32,000 bases of DNA from Candidatus Endonucleibacter sp. (ex Gigantidas childressi) (lineage in GTDB: Bacteria; Pseudomonadota; Gammaproteobacteria; Pseudomonadales; Endozoicomonadaceae), in contig JASXSU010000003.1 in NCBI GenBank assembly GCA_030674875.1, positions 504,076 through 536,075 on the forward strand, written 5' to 3'. Below the pieces are notes generated by a model. The model worked only from the letters and a program-made list of their open reading frames with translations, ran no database searches and was not told the origin of the DNA. The position numbers and the translations under genes are program-made. Positions 30,597 to 32,000 of the stretch are shown piece after piece. Every line of letters begins with the position of its first letter. Position 1 is the first letter of the stretch.

Positions 30597-32000
30597 TTAG
30601 TGACGAAAATGACGAATGCTGGTAAATACCATGGCAATACCAGCATCATTGGCTGCATTAATGACCTCTTGGTCTCTCATTGACCCTCCCGGTTGAATAA
30701 TTGCGGTGATGCCTACACTAGTAGCAGCGTCAATACCATCCCTAAAGGGGAAGAAAGCATCGGAAGCCATTACGGAGCCTTTTACTTCCAGATTTTCATC
30801 AGAGGCTTTAATTCCGGCTATACGGGCGCTGTATATACGACTCATCTGACCAGCTCCAATTCCTATTGTTTGATTGTTGTGAGCGTATACAATGGCATTG
30901 GACTTAACAAACTTGCAGACCTTCCAGGCAAACTGCAAATCTCTCATCTCGGACTCGGATGGATGGCGAGCGCTTACAACTTTTAACTCAGTAGACGTCA
31001 CCTGCCGCATATCTGCATCTTGAATCAAGAGTCCACCATGCACTCGCTTATAATCTAGGTAAGAGGTTTCTGTTTCAGAAAACTGGCCACAGCTTATTAA
31101 ACGAATATTTTGCTTGTTTTGGAGAACGCTCACAGCTTCTGCGTCTACTTCTGGAGCAATGATAACTTCTACGAATTGCCGGTCAATTATATTTTGGGCG
31201 GTCACCCCATCAAGCTTGCGGTTAAATGCAATGATGCCACCAAAGGCGGATGTGGGGTCAGTCATATATGCTCTGCTGTATGCATCCAGTATATTTGCAC
31301 CCAGTGCTACGCCGCATGGGTTGGCGTGCTTGACGATAACGCAGGCAGGCTGATCGAAGGATTTGACGCATTCAAGTGCTGCGTCTGCATCTGCGATATT
31401 ATTGTATGAAAGAGATTTACCTTGATGTTGTTGAGCTTTGGCAATGGTGCCGCTAGCGGCGGTGTGCTCTGCATAGAAGGCAGCTTTCTGGTGGGGGTTT
31501 TCTCCGTAACGCATATCTTGAACTTTAACTAGTTGCTGATTAAATGTTCGAGGAAAAGGGCTGTTATTTTTACAGCCTGTGTGATCCAGATAGCCAAGAT
31601 AATTAGCAATAGCTGCGTCATAACTGGCAGTGTGCTCAAAGGCCTTTACTGCTTGATTAAAGCGGATTTGCGAACTTATTCCGCCATTATTATTATCAAT
31701 TTCCGTAATAATTAAATCGTAATCATTAGGATTAACAATAACGGTAGCCTCGCTGTGATTTTTGGCTGCTGCTCTGATCATGGCAGGGCCGCCAATGTCA
31801 ATGTTTTCTATGGCCTGGGAAAAGCTGCAATCTGGGTTGGCAATGGTTTGTTTGAAAGGGTAAAGGTTGACAACAACTAGATCAATCGAGTGAATACCAT
31901 GTTTGGCCATTATGGCATCATCTTGCCCTCTTTTGCCAAGGATGCCCCCGTGAACTTTAGGGTGCAGGGTTTTTACTCGACCATTCATCATCTCGGGGAA
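30597..32000 (-). CDS. purH: Bifunctional AICAR transformylase/IMP cyclohydrolase, 5' end outside window
   Basis: [68 protein letters not shown], ending FTSIRHFRH; frame open to the window edge. Confidence 0.97.
   Translation of the reverse strand, partial: FPEMMNGRVKTLHPKVHGGILGKRGQDDAIMAKHGIHSIDLVVVNLYPFKQTIANPDCSFSQAIENIDIGGPAMIRAAAKNHSEATVIVNPNDYDLIITEIDNNNGGISSQIRFNQAVKAFEHTASYDAAIANYLGYLDHTGCKNNSPFPRTFNQQLVKVQDMRYGENPHQKAAFYAEHTAASGTIAKAQQHQGKSLSYNNIADADAALECVKSFDQPACVIVKHANPCGVALGANILDAYSRAYMTDPTSAFGGIIAFNRKLDGVTAQNIIDRQFVEVIIAPEVDAEAVSVLQNKQNIRLISCGQFSETETSYLDYKRVHGGLLIQDADMRQVTSTELKVVSARHPSESEMRDLQFAWKVCKFVKSNAIVYAHNNQTIGIGAGQMSRIYSARIAGIKASDENLEVKGSVMASDAFFPFRDGIDAATSVGITAIIQPGGSMRDQEVINAANDAGIAMVFTSIRHFRH

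Overview
Chromosomal housekeeping window from a probable gammaproteobacterium (inferred from protein families and gene order). Confident content: a YjeH-like amino-acid permease, trpEGDC, gatCAB, mreBCD plus maf, a LigB-type DNA ligase, the ycgB(spoVR)-yeaH-yeaG(prkA) cluster, an LpxL/HtrB-like acyltransferase, TauE/SafE permease-lgt-thyA-alpha/beta hydrolase, a decayed IS5-like transposase, dusA and purH (5' end cut by the window edge). I see no convincing defence system, CRISPR, prophage or biosynthetic cluster. The main unexplained signal is a dispersed, structured repeat family. Full copies are about 110-140 bp with imperfect terminal inverted repeats (about TATACCCGTTACCATTGAAGGTGT ... 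ACACCTTCAATGGTAACGGGTATA) around a core like GGTTGTTGGCTGCTCTCACTCACCCCAATCACCTACTGCTCGTAGGCTCATGGGGCTTCTCTTGTTTGTCGCCTAC. About 14-17 full, partial or internally deleted copies occur in both orientations in nearly every larger intergenic gap. One short copy lies inside the only open N-terminus available to dusA, one forms the leader of gatA inside the gatCAB operon, and one sits within a 165-bp, about 98% identical inverted repeat flanking a STAS gene. A frameshifted BrnT-like toxin remnant lies in the decayed mreD-ligB region, and mreC appears to lack a canonical start codon. All calls are from reading the sequence; no database search or folding was run.
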